The position numbers were made by a program, and so were the translations under genes. A stretch of 64,000 nucleotides of DNA, from positions 67,806,686 to 67,870,685 of the forward strand of contig NC_068992.1 in assembly GCF_001194135.2 (NCBI RefSeq). The letters are read 5' to 3'. This DNA is from Octopus bimaculoides. Taxonomy: Eukaryota. Of this stretch, positions 26,210 to 39,950 are shown in pieces; the stretch's first letter is position 1; each line of letters opens with the position of its first letter. Below the pieces are notes generated by a model. It saw only the letters and a list, made by a program, of their open reading frames with translations, was not told the DNA's origin and did not search any database.

Positions 26210-26745
26210 GATACAGATTTATATTTCATTTCTGAAATAGCATCTGCAAGCGAGAGCTTTCTTGCATGTGTTTCGGAGAATAGACGGAAATCCATCCGGG
26301 CCCATACCTGAGTTTGAGCTCATCGCATCAATGGCCGATCTTACATCTTCCTCTTTTATTTCGATGCCATCAATGGTAGGTTTTTCCCCATGTAGGTCTG
26401 CAAAGTTGAAGAACTCTTTAGGCTCGCTCACTTAGTGTTTCTCAGTGCAGAGGTGACGAAACTCAGGAATTGCTTATTCTTCACCAATGCTCTTGTGTCT
26501 GCAGTTAGCGAGCCGTCCCCTTCAAACAGTATCACGATATTGTAATGCAGCAAGGCAAACCCCTTCGGAAACTTGTAGAAGGCTTTGAGGTTTTTTTTTT
26601 TTTCACCGCCATTGTTTCACTTTCGTTCTGCGCTTCCCTGTTGATGGCAGAGTCTGAATTTATCTTCCATCTCTAGCAGTTACTCAAGGACGTTTCGGTG
26701 TCAATAATTTCTTTAAGCGATTTGATATCTTCATTCTCTGTCATT
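26210..26745 (-). mobile_element. CR1-group LINE ORF2 fragment (endonuclease-RT linker)
   Basis: LKAFYKF upstream, then IEIKEEDVRSAIDAMSSNSGMGPDGFPSILRNTCKKALA; multiple disablements. Confidence 0.85.
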
Positions 26746-26768
26746 ATACATATATATATATATATATA

Positions 26769-27022
26769 ATGGTAATCTTTAAGTTTAGGGGGATAAAAAA
26801 ATAAATAAAAATATTCAAGGGAAGTAACTGAACGTCTTACCAGTATTCTCCGTACATCTGTTTATAAATAAATCACACACGTGATTTGATTGACGTTAGG
26901 GTTAGGGTGTGATTTATTTATAAACAGCTAGAAGAAAACGGATAATACCGGTAAGTCGTTCAGTTATTTCCCTTAAATATTTTTATTTATTTTTTTTATC
27001 CCCTAAACTTGAAGATTGCCAT
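26769..27022. mobile_element. Palindromic MITE in a TA context
   Basis: Arms 26769-26878 and 26907-27022 are near-perfect reverse complements (ATGGTAATC...GATTGCCAT), TA-flanked, with a 28 bp spacer. Confidence 0.9.
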
Positions 27023-27490
27023 ATATATACTCATATATTGTTTATATATATACAAAATTAAGAGGAATGACCACCAAAAGTGGAATCTTATATGCTAGAA
27101 ATAGATGCCAAATCACGTAACCACGAAGAGTATGTTCTCAAGAAAAAAGAATTTTCACAAGACGCCAGTTTTATTGAAAGTCATCTCGAATAGAGTAAAT
27201 ATTCGCAACACAAGAAGCAGGTTGGTATCCTAGAATGTGCGCTTTTGCCAGTGTCATTTCTTTTATATCCATCAGGAACAAGTGAGAGAAGGGGAATCTC
27301 ATAGGGACCCGTCGTCTGATCGTATCGAGTGCGACTCTAATTCAAAAGCAATGACTCCAGCACACACTAATTTTCCCAGTGAATGATATATTTACCTGAC
27401 TGAGGAATATTCAGTCAGTTTCATGTTCATACAAGTGATTATTCAGTCGATCGATCAAATCAATCTCTCCTGGCCCAACGACGGAGATCC

Positions 27491-27528
<38 letters not shown>

Positions 27529-27950
27529 GCACTCNNNNNNNNNNNNNNNNNNNNNNNNNNNNNNNNNNNNNNNNNNNNNNNNNNNNNNNNNNNNNNNNNN
27601 NNNNNNNNNNNNNNNNNNNNNNNNNNNNNNNNNNNNNNNNNNNNNNNNNNNNNNNNNNNNNNNNNNNNNNNNNNNNNNNNNNNNNNNNNNNNNNNNNNNN
27701 NNNNNNNNNNNNNNNNNNNNNNNNNNNNNNNNNNNNNNNNNNNNNNNNNNNNNNNNNNNNNNNNNNNNNNNNNNNNNNNNNNNNNNNNNNNNNNNNNNNN
27801 NNNNNNNNNNNNNNNNNNNNNNNNNNNNNNNNNNNNNNNNNNNNNNNNNNNNNTGGCACACACGTATATATGATTGTGCGTACGTGCATGTGTGTATACA
27901 TACATATATTTAGAGAGAAGCAGAGAGAGAAAGCAGTGCTACACACACAT

Positions 27951-27986
<36 letters not shown>

Positions 27987-27993
<7 letters not shown>

Positions 27994-28165
27994 GCACTCC
28001 GTCGCTTACGACGTCGAGGGTTCCAGTTGATCCGATCAACGGAACAGCCTGCTCGTGAAATTAACGTGCAAGCGGCTGAGCACTCCACAGACACGTGTAC
28101 CCTTAATGTAGTTCTCGGGGATATTCAGCGTGACACAGTGTGACAAGGCTGACCCTTTTGAATTA
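27987..28165 (-). mobile_element. SINE 3' portion
   Basis: GC-richer block ending on the minus strand ...GTCGTAAGCGACGGAGTGCCAACAA then (TA)n; recognised from memory as a common octopus SINE tail, not verifiable in-window. Confidence 0.55.
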
Positions 28166-28504
28166 CACGTACATATATATATATACTTACATACCATTCT
28201 TAGATGCATTACAATTTAGTTGCATAAACCTAATTTATTTCAGCGTCTTATTCTGTTATAATTTATTATTGAGCAACGGAGCAGCACGGGCAATCAAAGT
28301 GAATCTAGAGTACCAAACTCCGAAGCCCAAGATACCCAACATGCAACCCATCCCGAAAAGGAGGCTAAAGGCATATGTATACCAACCATATGAGTTCGAC
28401 TTGGCGAACTTATATCAAGATAGGATGTACATGAAATTTCGGGTGGGGTCAAGTTACAAGTTTCTCCACGTTCAGTGGACCATTCAACACAAATAATCCC
28501 CAAA

Positions 28505-28850
28505 TAAAGGTAGGCATTGATCTTGAGCTGCTATCGTAAGCCCTACTCTTTCTGATTTGAAGCCAGAAGACACTAACCACTGATGGGTAAGGACTTTGTC
28601 AACATCGGTACTATTAGCTCTCTTTGGGTATGTGCTATTCAGAGGTTTTTCTTGCCATTTATCAGTAAGAATACCTAAGGCAGAATTTTTAGCACGGGTT
28701 TTTGTACGCTTAGCTTTTTGCGTGCATGTTTCCAGTACGTCTAATTCTAAAATCTGTTGTATTTGGAATTCACTTAGATATTTCTTTACTGGTTTTCTTA
28801 TCATGTGTGATGGTTTCTTGTTTTCATGCTTTGAGAACACTGGGTAAAAT
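28505..28850 (-). mobile_element. R4/Dong-type LINE internal fragment
   Basis: KWQEKPLNSTYPKR...THQWLVSSGFKSERVGLTIAAQDQCLP overlaps the start of copy 2 (SGLKSETEGFIIAAQDQCLP). Confidence 0.85.
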
Positions 28851-28994
28851 ATATGAAGCCCAATATAAACATCATGACTACTCGTCTGATAAGGGTATAT
28901 TAGGCACATGCATCACAACGATATGTGCGCGACATAGTGATCTCATATCACGATAAACAGCGCATGACCCTGCATGTGAGGACGAGTTAGAATT

Positions 28995-29155
28995 TTCTTC
29001 TGAATTCAAATTGCCCCGAGGTCGACTTTGCCTTTCGTCCGTGTCGATATATTAAGTACCAGTTGAACACTGGGGTCGATGTAATCAACTCATTCACCCT
29101 CCCCCAAAATTTCTGGCTTTGTGCCAAACTTGTAAAATATTATTACTATTATTAT
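28995..29155 (+). mobile_element. 5'-truncated SINE with (ATT)n tail
   Basis: TTCAAATTGCCCCGAGGTCGACTTTGCC...CACTGGGGTCGATGTAATC...CCCCAAAATTT matches the in-window family. Confidence 0.85.
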
Positions 29156-30179
29156 CAATATAAATACTCATCATATTTGAAATCAGCAATTTAAATTTTA
29201 AATCGTGGAAAGCTACAAATGGCCGTAGATGGTGGTGGCCTTGTTGATAGATGTTACTGGATGATTATACTAAATATTTTATAACAGATATCAACATACA
29301 ACAATAAATAAATTTTTCCTCTTTTCTCTGAAACGAATGTTAGGCTTAACTAAAATTCACAGTCACATGATATTTTTCGACTATAAGCATAAAAGATTTT
29401 AAAACGATCGAAATTAAAGAGCACCCTAAATATTTATTTAATGAATAACGACTAACATCCCTATGGTTTACGTTGTATTTAAATATTTTATTGAGAATTT
29501 GTTAACAGAATTGTCATTATTTTAATTATTGTGATATTTATCATTACTATATTGGTAATTTTCTTATTATTGCTATCAAAACGAGAAATTTGTAACTTTT
29601 TAACTTTTATAATTAATTTACAATTAACGCAATTTCACCAAATATGCGCTCGCACCATTTTAATGCATTCATTAATAAAACATTAATATCGTAAAATTAC
29701 TAATATTTCGTTGCTGCTTATATTAGTAGTTTTTTCCTATAATATAATTATGATACAGTCTTGCACCCGGCAGGGGCTGCATAATAGAGTAATCCTTGGT
29801 TTGTAAGTGTTTCATCCGGGTCTTAACACCTTGAGTTCAATTTCTCTCTCATACATGGAGATGGTTGTGTGCGTGTTCATATGTGATTGCCTATGCATGC
29901 ACGCCCCATATATGACGGTTGAATTAAGAGTTTGAGGTGAAAAGGAGTGTGGGGGGGTCAGACTAATTCGAAACTGGTGGTTGACCGTTGGCGATCCTGC
30001 TCGTAGGGATTGATGACGCTGTCTTGTTTCATTGAGTGCAAGAGAGCAGCTAATGCTAAGGTTGTCGGCGACCAATGATTTGACGTTCACCAGAAGGGCA
30101 TACTTCTGGTGAGAGCAATAGATCAGTTGGTATTTCTCGTTAATAGATACTGCTCGTTAATAGATACTGCAGGTGTAGT

Positions 30180-30420
30180 CTTTCACAGAGGCAGAGTATA
30201 AGGTGACGCCCTGTCGACGATGGTCTCTTTCATGTTAGCCATTTTATTTCGGAGGTCACCTATTATCCAAAAGTAGCGTGACAGAGAAGTGAAGTTCTTT
30301 CTGTCCCTGGATCTGAGTGTATGCATAAGCTCTGTGTATCTTCCCATGAAATTGTTGCCGTGGTACCCATCTACTGATGTGATATATGCAGACAAAATGA
30401 CACCACCAGTTTCCTGTTCA
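30180..30420 (+). mobile_element. Possible highly decayed non-LTR RT relic
   Basis: One frame carries RGRV*GDALS (QGD.LS-like) and DVIYADK (YADD-like), but the spacing is longer than typical. Confidence 0.3.
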
Positions 30421-30479
30421 ATAACACGGTCACAGAAGCTCTCTTCTTGTGATGAAACTAGTGTCGTTTATCAAGAAAC

Positions 30480-30960
30480 ATCATCCATTGATGAATAGCA
30501 GCCCAACTTATATCTTGAACTTGCCGAACCTCTTCATTCATTCGGCCATTGCAGAAGCTTCAAGGCAACGCGCTCCGTTAAGGGCATGCAAAACTTAAGG
30601 TAACACGGAAACCGAATGTTGACTACGTTCATGCTGGGGCACTATTTTGAAGGATTTTGGTCAAACACATCTATTCCAGGACTTATTATATGCATGTATA
30701 CTATTATCTTCCCTTCTTCCTAGCTTTCCTGTCCAGCCACTAATTTTTAACCAGTCGCCATCATTGACCACTAAGTCCACAAGTTTTTTCTTTTATTCTC
30801 TCTTTGTTTATTTCCTTGTGTTCCTTTCAATTGAAGAGCGTAGGCTCGAAACATAAAAGACTCTCACCTTCCCGAGCGTTAAACTAATATACTTGCTTGT
30901 TTATACACCTGTCTTCGCCTTTAATTTCTCTGTAAATTTCAGCTACATATATATTAACAT
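30480..30960 (+). mobile_element. Possible Penelope-like 3' end/pLTR with degenerate hammerhead-like motif
   Basis: CTTT-CAATTGA-A-GAGC gtag GCTC-GAAA-CA-TA-AAAG at about 30824-30859 (stem I CTTT/AAAG, stem II GAGC/GCTC); weak LNLPN similarity to a GIY-YIG C-terminus upstream. Confidence 0.4.
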
Positions 30961-31499
30961 ACATACATCTTTCTGCGGCTGAAGTGAGCTTTGTAACGCA
31001 TACATATCACTAACATAATTTTGTTGCTAACATTTTAGATGTTTCTAACAAAAATATATGATGCCGGGGGTTATATTGATATACATTTAAATAGGAAACG
31101 AATAAATATAAAAACTACACTTCAGCAAATGATCTTAACTTTCATTTTGAGTACACTTTTAGTGTTATTGCAGAATTTTTTTGTGCCCGAATAATTGCTG
31201 AACTCCTGCAGACTTGAGATACTGCCACATGCCATGATTAAGACGGGGTTTTTTTAATCGTTAGGACATTGGACCACCGATGTCAAGGTGTCAACTTCTT
31301 CCGTAACTTCCTTGCGGTGTCTTGAGATTTTTGCCAGCTTAGTCTCTATAGGTGGTTCACTAAATTCCTAAATCTATTTGAGGGTTCAGACTTCAGTTGC
31401 GTTTCTTTGAAAACTCTGGCGAAACGTGTCAGGCGATCTGTTTCAAGTATGATATACAATGTGCTGGTCATTTCAACAGTCTTGATTTCCCGCTTCTAA

Positions 31500-31650
31500 A
31501 ATTATTACATGATGGAAATCAGTTATCCAAAATTGTTCTGAGCATAAATCAAAAGAACAGATTGCATGATGTTACAACAAGCAGACTTAATGCCTTGAGT
31601 ATCATCACTATTCATGTAAAACACCTCAAATGGAAAATCAAGTGAATGAT
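31500..31650 (+). mobile_element. Possible hAT transposase C-terminal relic
   Basis: KNRLHDVTTSRLNALSIITIH resembles the hAT dimerisation motif KN.LRSTM...RLNALA..SI; short and isolated. Confidence 0.3.
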
Positions 31651-34600
31651 GTTTTATAGCTAGAAACAACAGTCTGCAGTTAGGAAAAAAATTGTCCCTC
31701 AAATATGGAAACATAATGTAAGTAATCTCCAAGATGTAGAGGTTTAGCATGGAAGAGGATCTAGAGAAAATCACTTGTTTCCAGCAATGATAAGTCACAT
31801 TTCGGCTGATTAAAGTAGTATGTTTATATCCATGGAGCCTCAGCAATCCATCTCGGGCAGTGCTCATCTGTTGCCGCTTGACATGTATCTATGATAATGG
31901 CTAACGGCACAGCAACTGCATGTGTAAGTGCTTGACAGAATAATGCGCTACGTTTGTCATAACAAATGTAAAATTAACTCGGCATTTCAGCAAGATGTTA
32001 TGCTCGAAATCGAGTTGGCGATCACGTTCCAAATACACGTGTGTGTGGTGGTGGGGTTGCGTGTGTATGTGCGTGTGAACAGCGTCCCGATAATTATTGA
32101 GAAAGTTCATTGTCTATAATTTTAGTGAGTAACGATGCGAAATACAAAATCAATACACACACACACACACACATATATTTGGACATTTTATTGTATATGC
32201 TATTCAACTGTAGAATTAACTTTTTATACAATAAATAATTTTCCATTTATTATTTAAGATTTTCTCATATATATATATATATATACGTCGTTAAGATACA
32301 GGAGTTGTTTTGTAATTAAAATCTGCGAAACTACAGACGACTTGTTTGTTAGTCTGCTCCTAGTAACTACAAATAGTTATGACTAACATGTTATTAAACT
32401 CATAATGATTGTTATTTTTGATGTTCATATTCACAGACATTCATCAGCTGATTCCAAACAAAGATTTTTTTAAACTTCGTTTGTATTCTAATATGGAAAG
32501 AAAAGTGAAACGAAACCTAATTGAGTTCTTTTGTTGATGTTTTAGCAATAGCACATTGTCAACCATGGCTCTCCGTTTCGCTAGCTTTCCCTACCATCTC
32601 TCTTTTTTTATTCTCACACACACATACACGCTCACATTCATACATAAATTATGTGGAGCTCTCTATCTCTATTCAAATGTTTGCCATGCTCTGTAATCTT
32701 ATTATCTGTTTCAGGACAGTAGCGAAATTCTAGCTTGAGTATTCTGAACACAACATTACTTATTTACACTCTATTTGGTATTGAGCAACTGAATTCCCGT
32801 CATCGGAAATTCTAACGCACATCTATACACACATTGATATTATATATATATACTACAGAATTAGTCTACCGGTTTATAATTACGGAATCAAAATGTTAGA
32901 CTATATATGATTATTGTCAGTTATTTATACATAAATCATGTTCTATGCCGGCGCGTTTGCATATTTATTCTTGTTTCTTAAAAAGTCATTATTTATTCTG
33001 CAATAAATCTTCTGCGATGCTTCTGTTTGACAACTTAAACTCCTTTCTACATCATATATTTAGTTAGGTAGTGAAAAATGTCCTCTCTAAATTTTTGAGA
33101 AAATAAAGAGATGACAAAAATATCACGTTATTTCCTTCACCGTGCTCTAAACGAAATGTTTGTCAATATGATTCTTCTACCTGTCTGAACATTTTCTCTC
33201 CCTCTCTTGCCTCGATCCTTTTTTACGCTTTTAACCACTTTTGTTTATCAAATCTGTCATCTCGTATTCATTTTTATTTCAACATATTTTAGTTTGGTTC
33301 TATTTGTTTCAACGTTTACTCCATTAAATAGATTTTTTTCCCAGATCATTCCGCTCCTTATATCGCGCGAAAATTTCATACATATTCATTACGAACTTAT
33401 CTGGAATGAAACCAAAACCAATAAGCTTCCGCAAAACGGACGAAAACCATAGTTTATCGTTAGAATATAAATATGAAGAAAGCCATAACCAAAGGTTGGG
33501 GGAGGAGAGACGCGAGTTTGTTTCTAAAATCGATTATTTCTCGGAAGACTTGAGAAACTTTCAACACTTGCGCTTTCGCAAATATTAGCCATGTGTTCCG
33601 TTGATTCACCGAAGTGGCCATGAATAAATAGACATTTGTTTTACATTTCAGGTAGAAATACAAAAACAATGACAAAAGCTGTGATTATCACCAGCTTTTT
33701 TTTTTGTTTGTTTCTTTCTGTTTTATGTGTATAAATGCATTCAAATAAAATATTACGGGAGAATTTGTTAGTACAATCTCTCACATTTAATTGATTACGA
33801 GTACCAAATGGTACTTTGCAGGGCACAAACATTTGTAAACTAAACGTAAAAGGCACAGCTTCAGTAAAAAACAGGAAAATGTTGGCATAAAATACGGTTT
33901 CAGACAATTCAAAGGGTTAACAGCGTGTTTGGAAAATATACCAGAGAAACTAAGCTTAGCACATATCTACAACTACAACGCAATTAAGTAGCTAAGCATA
34001 GTAAAACATCCACATAAACAAATGGCATAATGTAGACAGATAAGATGCTTCATTGGAAACCAGTTTCAGTACAAAAACTCTTGTACAAAGTAGCAATATT
34101 CGAAGACCTCCCAAAATTATGCAGAATAGAAGAATGGATTATCCTCTCAAAATAGAAATAACAATTATAAAATATCTACTGGTGGAAGATTAATGTTAAT
34201 TACGACATAGGATATTTTTTCCATTAGTTTACTTTTTAAAATGTTCCATTATGACCCAATGGCATCCAAAATTTATCTCCAAAGTTATGTTTCCTGGTGA
34301 GAATATAAAAAGCAGCATCCGTGATAGTTACACAAAAGGTAAGTACTTAGCTGAAAAGAAGAAACAAAACACTCATCTGAAGATGAATAGAAAAGAGAAG
34401 AGGTAGAGAAAGTACGGGTTAAGTGCTTGAGATGCAATCAATGGAAGCATTTCTCATGAAAGATTCTATAGATTTTAGACAAGTGTGAATTAGAACTAGC
34501 GACAAATAGGTAGACGAAACTAATCATGGATCAATGGAAAGTAAGTATGTGGTTCCGAACAGTATGAATATACTGTCAACCAAGATTAGATTCATACTGC

Positions 34601-35591
34601 TGATGCATAGAATACTATACACACTGATTACATTCTGTTGGAATAGATGGTGTGCAGAAAGTCTGCAGAGAGCTGAACAATAGATCTTCATCCAAGAAAT
34701 CAAAACCGCTTCTCATAACAGTTTTTTTTTTGTTTCTTGTTTCTTTTGTTTCTTAACATTCTAAATGGGAAATAAAACGCATCAACGTCCTGAGTCTTGA
34801 ACATTACTGTGTTGCTGGGTAAAGTGTAACACTCACATTCCTAAGTGGTTAATGTGCATCCCCTATCTCTGTTTGTGTGCGTGTGTGCATGCGTCTGTGC
34901 GCGTGTGTGTGTGTGTGTTTAGTGGAAAATAAATGATGAACACATCACGTATTTCAGAAGCAAACATCTGAACTTCCTACATTTGAACCTACTTCTCGTA
35001 GAATATTATTTTGGAGAGAGCACCCTGCATCTGGTAGAATATAAGAGGAAAATAAATAACTGCTTCTTCCAAGGATTCTTTAGTGTTCGGAGAAATCCTA
35101 TATTACGAGACTATTATTAACCATGAAACAACCATATAGCAATATTTACAGCTTTCAGAACATTTTGAATGATTGTTAAGGAATTCATCTACTTCTGGAT
35201 CGAATAAACTTTGCGAGAACACTTTAGCTTATAGCTGATTATACACCTGAACATAAATTGGTTGGCTTCTATAAACATCTATCACGGATTCTCCTTATAA
35301 CGTCGGTAACTGTTATTCATAACACTGGCCTCTTCGTGCAATTACATGATTGTCTTTTGCCAATTCTACATATCATTCACATTTAAGCTATATTTGTACT
35401 GATGCTACACTGATTAGATAGTCTTATTGACAGACAAATAGAAAGACAGTTTAAATAGGCACTTCGCTAACCAAGGACAGATGTGGATGCGAGGTCACAG
35501 TACTATGGATTGCAATTTCAGTGAAATATTACTGAATACTGTGATGGCTAATTGAATAATATTGAAATCTTAGTTTGTCCGTGTTGAGTAA

Positions 35592-35622
<31 letters not shown>

Positions 35623-37591
35623 TTCACATGCATACACAAATGCGCGTCCTGCGTGATGGAAATTAAATGCCCTTTTAAAATTTACTTTAAACGTAACTTC
35701 GACGTTTTGTTTTCCTAGTATTCTTAATCGACACATGTATTGGCAGTTTCTACTGACTAAAACCTGGTTTAATATTTACAAACCCAAGTTGTGACTATCT
35801 TACATGCGTGTCATTTTTCTTTTTCTTTTTGTCGTCCCTGAAAAAATAGTTTTTAATCTCAACTCAAGAGAAGTGTAATTAAGAGTCTTCCATCTAGAAT
35901 TCAGAATTCACTATTTTTCTATAGAATTTTTTCGGACGGAATATAGCATCCGTTTCTCAAGATCCATCTCAGAAATCATGAACTGAAACTTATATGCTGA
36001 ATTTGATATATTGTTTTTGTTGTTTCGTTCCAGAACTTACCTGATTGTTTCCAATCGTGATTATCCAGTTCGAATGTACAGTTTATCTGGAGCGACAGTG
36101 TTTAATGCGCGGAATTGATTACCACTGTGCGAAGAGTGTTTTTATGGTTTCGGGTAGAATTGAAACCAACAATAATCCGTTTCTTTGGGTTTTTTTTTTC
36201 TTTTTGGATAAATATGTTATTTTGGATGTATTTCATTCCTAGTCATCTTATTTACTTATATTTCTTGGCACTGGATTTTGTTTGCGTCACACATTAAAGT
36301 CGAGAATACAATGATCCATATATTCAATTTAGATAAATATTTTTAACATAAAAGAAGAAAACATCAGCCTTGTCCTCGCTCCCTTGGAACTTTCTGAATT
36401 TACTCTATGGAAATAATACAGATAAAACAGAATATTGACCCACAATACAAGTTACAGAAGTTTTTTCAACGTCTCCTGAAAGCTCCTAAAATGGCTAACC
36501 TGGAATCAAAAGAGTTTTTCTCCATGGGAACTATAAACTTAAAAATATCCTCTCTGTTTTTTCCAGAGATAACCGCAAATGGGGAAAATATTGGCAACTC
36601 TTGTGCTTTTAATATTCCGTACTTGTTACACACACGTACATGTGCGTGCGTGTGATTATACGGGTGTGCTTTCATTTATTATAGTCCGGTTGTTTTTTCA
36701 CCCTATTATATTTACAGTATGGCTGTATTCAATTCTCACTTGTTTTATGAAATGTTCTAATATATTCTTTTTAATCCCGACTGATTTTTTTGGAACAGAA
36801 CATTTTCTTAGCTGTTTTTACTGTAACGTTTCTAATAGTTTGAACGTTTCAGACGGACATCGTTACTATCAGACGTAGAATGGTTTGACAGATGCATCGG
36901 TTTTATTTTCATATGTTTATATTTCATTGTATGATGTATTTTTGTATAATTTATACTTGTATTTTGTTATTAATAATTAGCTATGACTAAATTTCTTTAA
37001 GCAGCAAAAACAATCTCAATTTGGTAGTATTAGTTGCTAGTGGGTTGTCCTCACCTGGGATAGTTTTTGTTACTGTATTATGGTGCTTTATTACATCGCC
37101 ATTCTAACGAATGACCAACGTAGTTCAATATTTATTCTAAATAATAAATTGTGGTGTACCCGATGTATGTTTTAATGAAATAATCATCTATTGTATAACA
37201 AGCTTGTATTTGATCCATGTAATAATATATTATTCGTATTTTACTAAATATTGTATCTGTTGGTCTTGTATTGCACCAAAGTAACATGTTTCTTTGTCCC
37301 TTATTAATTAATGGTTTTAATCATTGATTTCTTATTAAGGGTTGGTAATTAAACGTCAGAAAATAATAACTTCATGAGAAAATCTCCAACTATGAACTAC
37401 CGAACATTAAGAGCAATACATTCTACCTGTATAGATTCCTCTCTCACTAACCCCACCTCTGTCTCTGAGTATACATATGTGTGTGCGTGTGTATATAAAT
37501 TTATGTGGATTTATGAACAGCTACACATACGTACATACATACATACAAGCATGTATATATACTCATGCATATACAAAGCATNNNNNNNNNN

Positions 37592-37632
<41 letters not shown>

Positions 37633-38452
37633 GGACATGTAACTGTGTGTCTACGTGTGCACATGCTTGGTGCATATGTGCGCGCGTCCGCGTCAAGTTA
37701 GCCTATATTAATTTATTGTCACCTCGAGACAAAACACGTATGAAATTTGTACTGATAAGATATGAATTTAACTTGTATATTTTAATGTAAGCAATTCCCT
37801 CTATAGAATTAGTTTAAAACTATTTTCGTTGCAGTTAGGATGATTAGAAATTTTGAAAGAAAATTGCAGACTTTAATTACAAAATTCATTATATTTTCGC
37901 TTATCTTGTTTCTTCAAAAATAACTCTTGCAGACTATGTTAGATTACATTCATTCATTTTCTCCCTTATAATCAACACCACCATTACTACTTCGCAAATC
38001 ATTTTGCGTACCAGCACCAGCAGTAGAGGCATCATAATATCATCATCATCATCGTCACCATTACAATCGTTATCCTTATCGTCACCTTCATCATCATAAC
38101 AACCGTCATTATCATCATCACACTTCAACGGCACCACTGGTATCATATCATTTCTACTTTTCTATTGACAAAATATAATAATCAAAATTACGCTTGATCG
38201 TAAGTAACAAAGCTAAATGTAATCAATGTTGTGAAATCGATTAATAAAAATAAAATTTGCAACTGAATCTATCCTGGAGAACGTTTAAGATTTAGAACTG
38301 GAATGGTAACGTTGTGTTTTCTGACCGAAAAGCACGAGATAGAAAAGATAAGCGGATTAATGAAACCGAAGCGCATTTTATTGTTTGAGATACAGACGAT
38401 ACTCGACGTATGTATGATTTAGTAATATATTTGTATATCTATAAAAGAGAGG

Positions 38453-38508
<56 letters not shown>

Positions 38509-39069
38509 ATGAATGTAATTTATGCACAAATTAGCACGCATGTCGCTCCAATTTTAGGAGGACATTCGTCACGAACCTAGCTGTATTTTCGTCGAATTTT
38601 TTTTCCCGAGGCATGCACGGAGAGGAGTAAAAATCGATTTTCAACCATAACGTGAACCAATATTGAAGTTTGCTAACATGAGTTAAGTCCCTTCTTGTTA
38701 TAGCGAAGTGAAAATGTGTGTGCGTGAAGGAGAGAGAGAAGTTGTGTTGATGTGTATGTATGTGTGGGAAAGAGAGTAGGTGACACCATTCACTAAAATT
38801 AAAATGTAATTTTTTTTTCTTAAACACGAGATATAGTCTTCAAATTTAGGATGTTTTTGAAAGACATTATATTTTTATAATCAGATTATATATTCATTCT
38901 CGCACAACAATTAAAATATATTCATTTTAAATCGTCCATCTTTCTCCACCACCTCTCTCACACACACATTACTTTGGGCGCGAAAGAGTTTTGTTTTTAT
39001 TTTACTCTGAGGGAAAAAAGTGCTTTGGTGAGAATCCATTTATTTAACAACAAAGAAANNNNNNNNNNA

Positions 39070-39780
39070 AGAAACAAACATGTAGGTAACAATTTGTCAG
39101 TGAATTACCCAATATAAATGGATACAATTTTCGAGGCTTCCACTACATAACGGTTCTTAAATGAATCCGCCGTCTGTCCAATGTAAACATAGGGCCCTCC
39201 ACTTGTATGCACGGTACATTTATATACAAGATTTGTACTCATACAGAGATTCATCAAAGGACATTTTGATTTATCTCTGCATGCGCATCTATCGTATTTA
39301 TATGTATTATAAGGCAGTCCTAATACCTAACTCCATTAACCGGCTTTGTTACCGTGCAAGCTGTACCATGAGTATTTCTACTACTAAAAATTGGTCGTAG
39401 TTGATGTCTATCAATGCGGTTTACATCTCCTTGGTTGGTATTTAGATGCAAATATTCACTCGGTCCAGAGGTGAGTTAATGAACCTTTGCAGCATTTTGC
39501 TATTGTTTATGCGATGCATAAGCTGCTCTAAAATAGCAGAGTTGGCGTAGGCTACCTTCACAGTGTGTCGATTAAAAATAGCATGATACCTAATGATCAC
39601 TCTGAAAGTGACCGTGTTTTACCAGTAAGATACCAGGTGTAAACCATTCGTTTTATTACCCATTACATATATCACAAAATCCACAGACAACTGCTCATTT
39701 ACAGTTATGCTGCAATTCTGTATCTTATATTCAAATATACCTCAAGAGAAAATGCATATCCTTCCTTGATAATGTATCCC
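39070..39780 (-). mobile_element. Penelope-like element fragment (linker plus GIY-YIG), missed by the ORF track
   Basis: Minus strand RYHAIFNRHTVKVAYANS...RCACRDKSKCPLMNLCMSTNLVYKCTVHTSGGPYVYIGQTADSFKNRY. Confidence 0.9.
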
Positions 39781-39899
39781 AGTTGTGTAATAAAACTCAT
39801 TGCTTTGCGTTAACCAATATCTTAACACTTTTATTAGATGTCGACAAATTGTTAGGTTTGTTAAAGCTGAATGCGTTACTCTACTGGGAGGTAAATGTC

Positions 39900-39950
<51 letters not shown>

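Noticed and set aside
27493-27862. (TA)n-TTGTTGGCACTC before the gap repeats the start of the element at 27987
   Set aside because: It may be a second SINE copy or a scaffolding duplication around the gap; unresolvable here.
30137-30170. Perfect 17 bp tandem duplication CTCGTTAATAGATACTG
   Set aside because: Ordinary slippage or repair duplication; only two units with no spacer, so not CRISPR-like.
39446-39470. 25 nt micro-exon with TTTAG acceptor and AG|GTGAGT donor
   Set aside because: It lies antisense inside the Penelope fragment and is not frame-preserving; probably coincidental.
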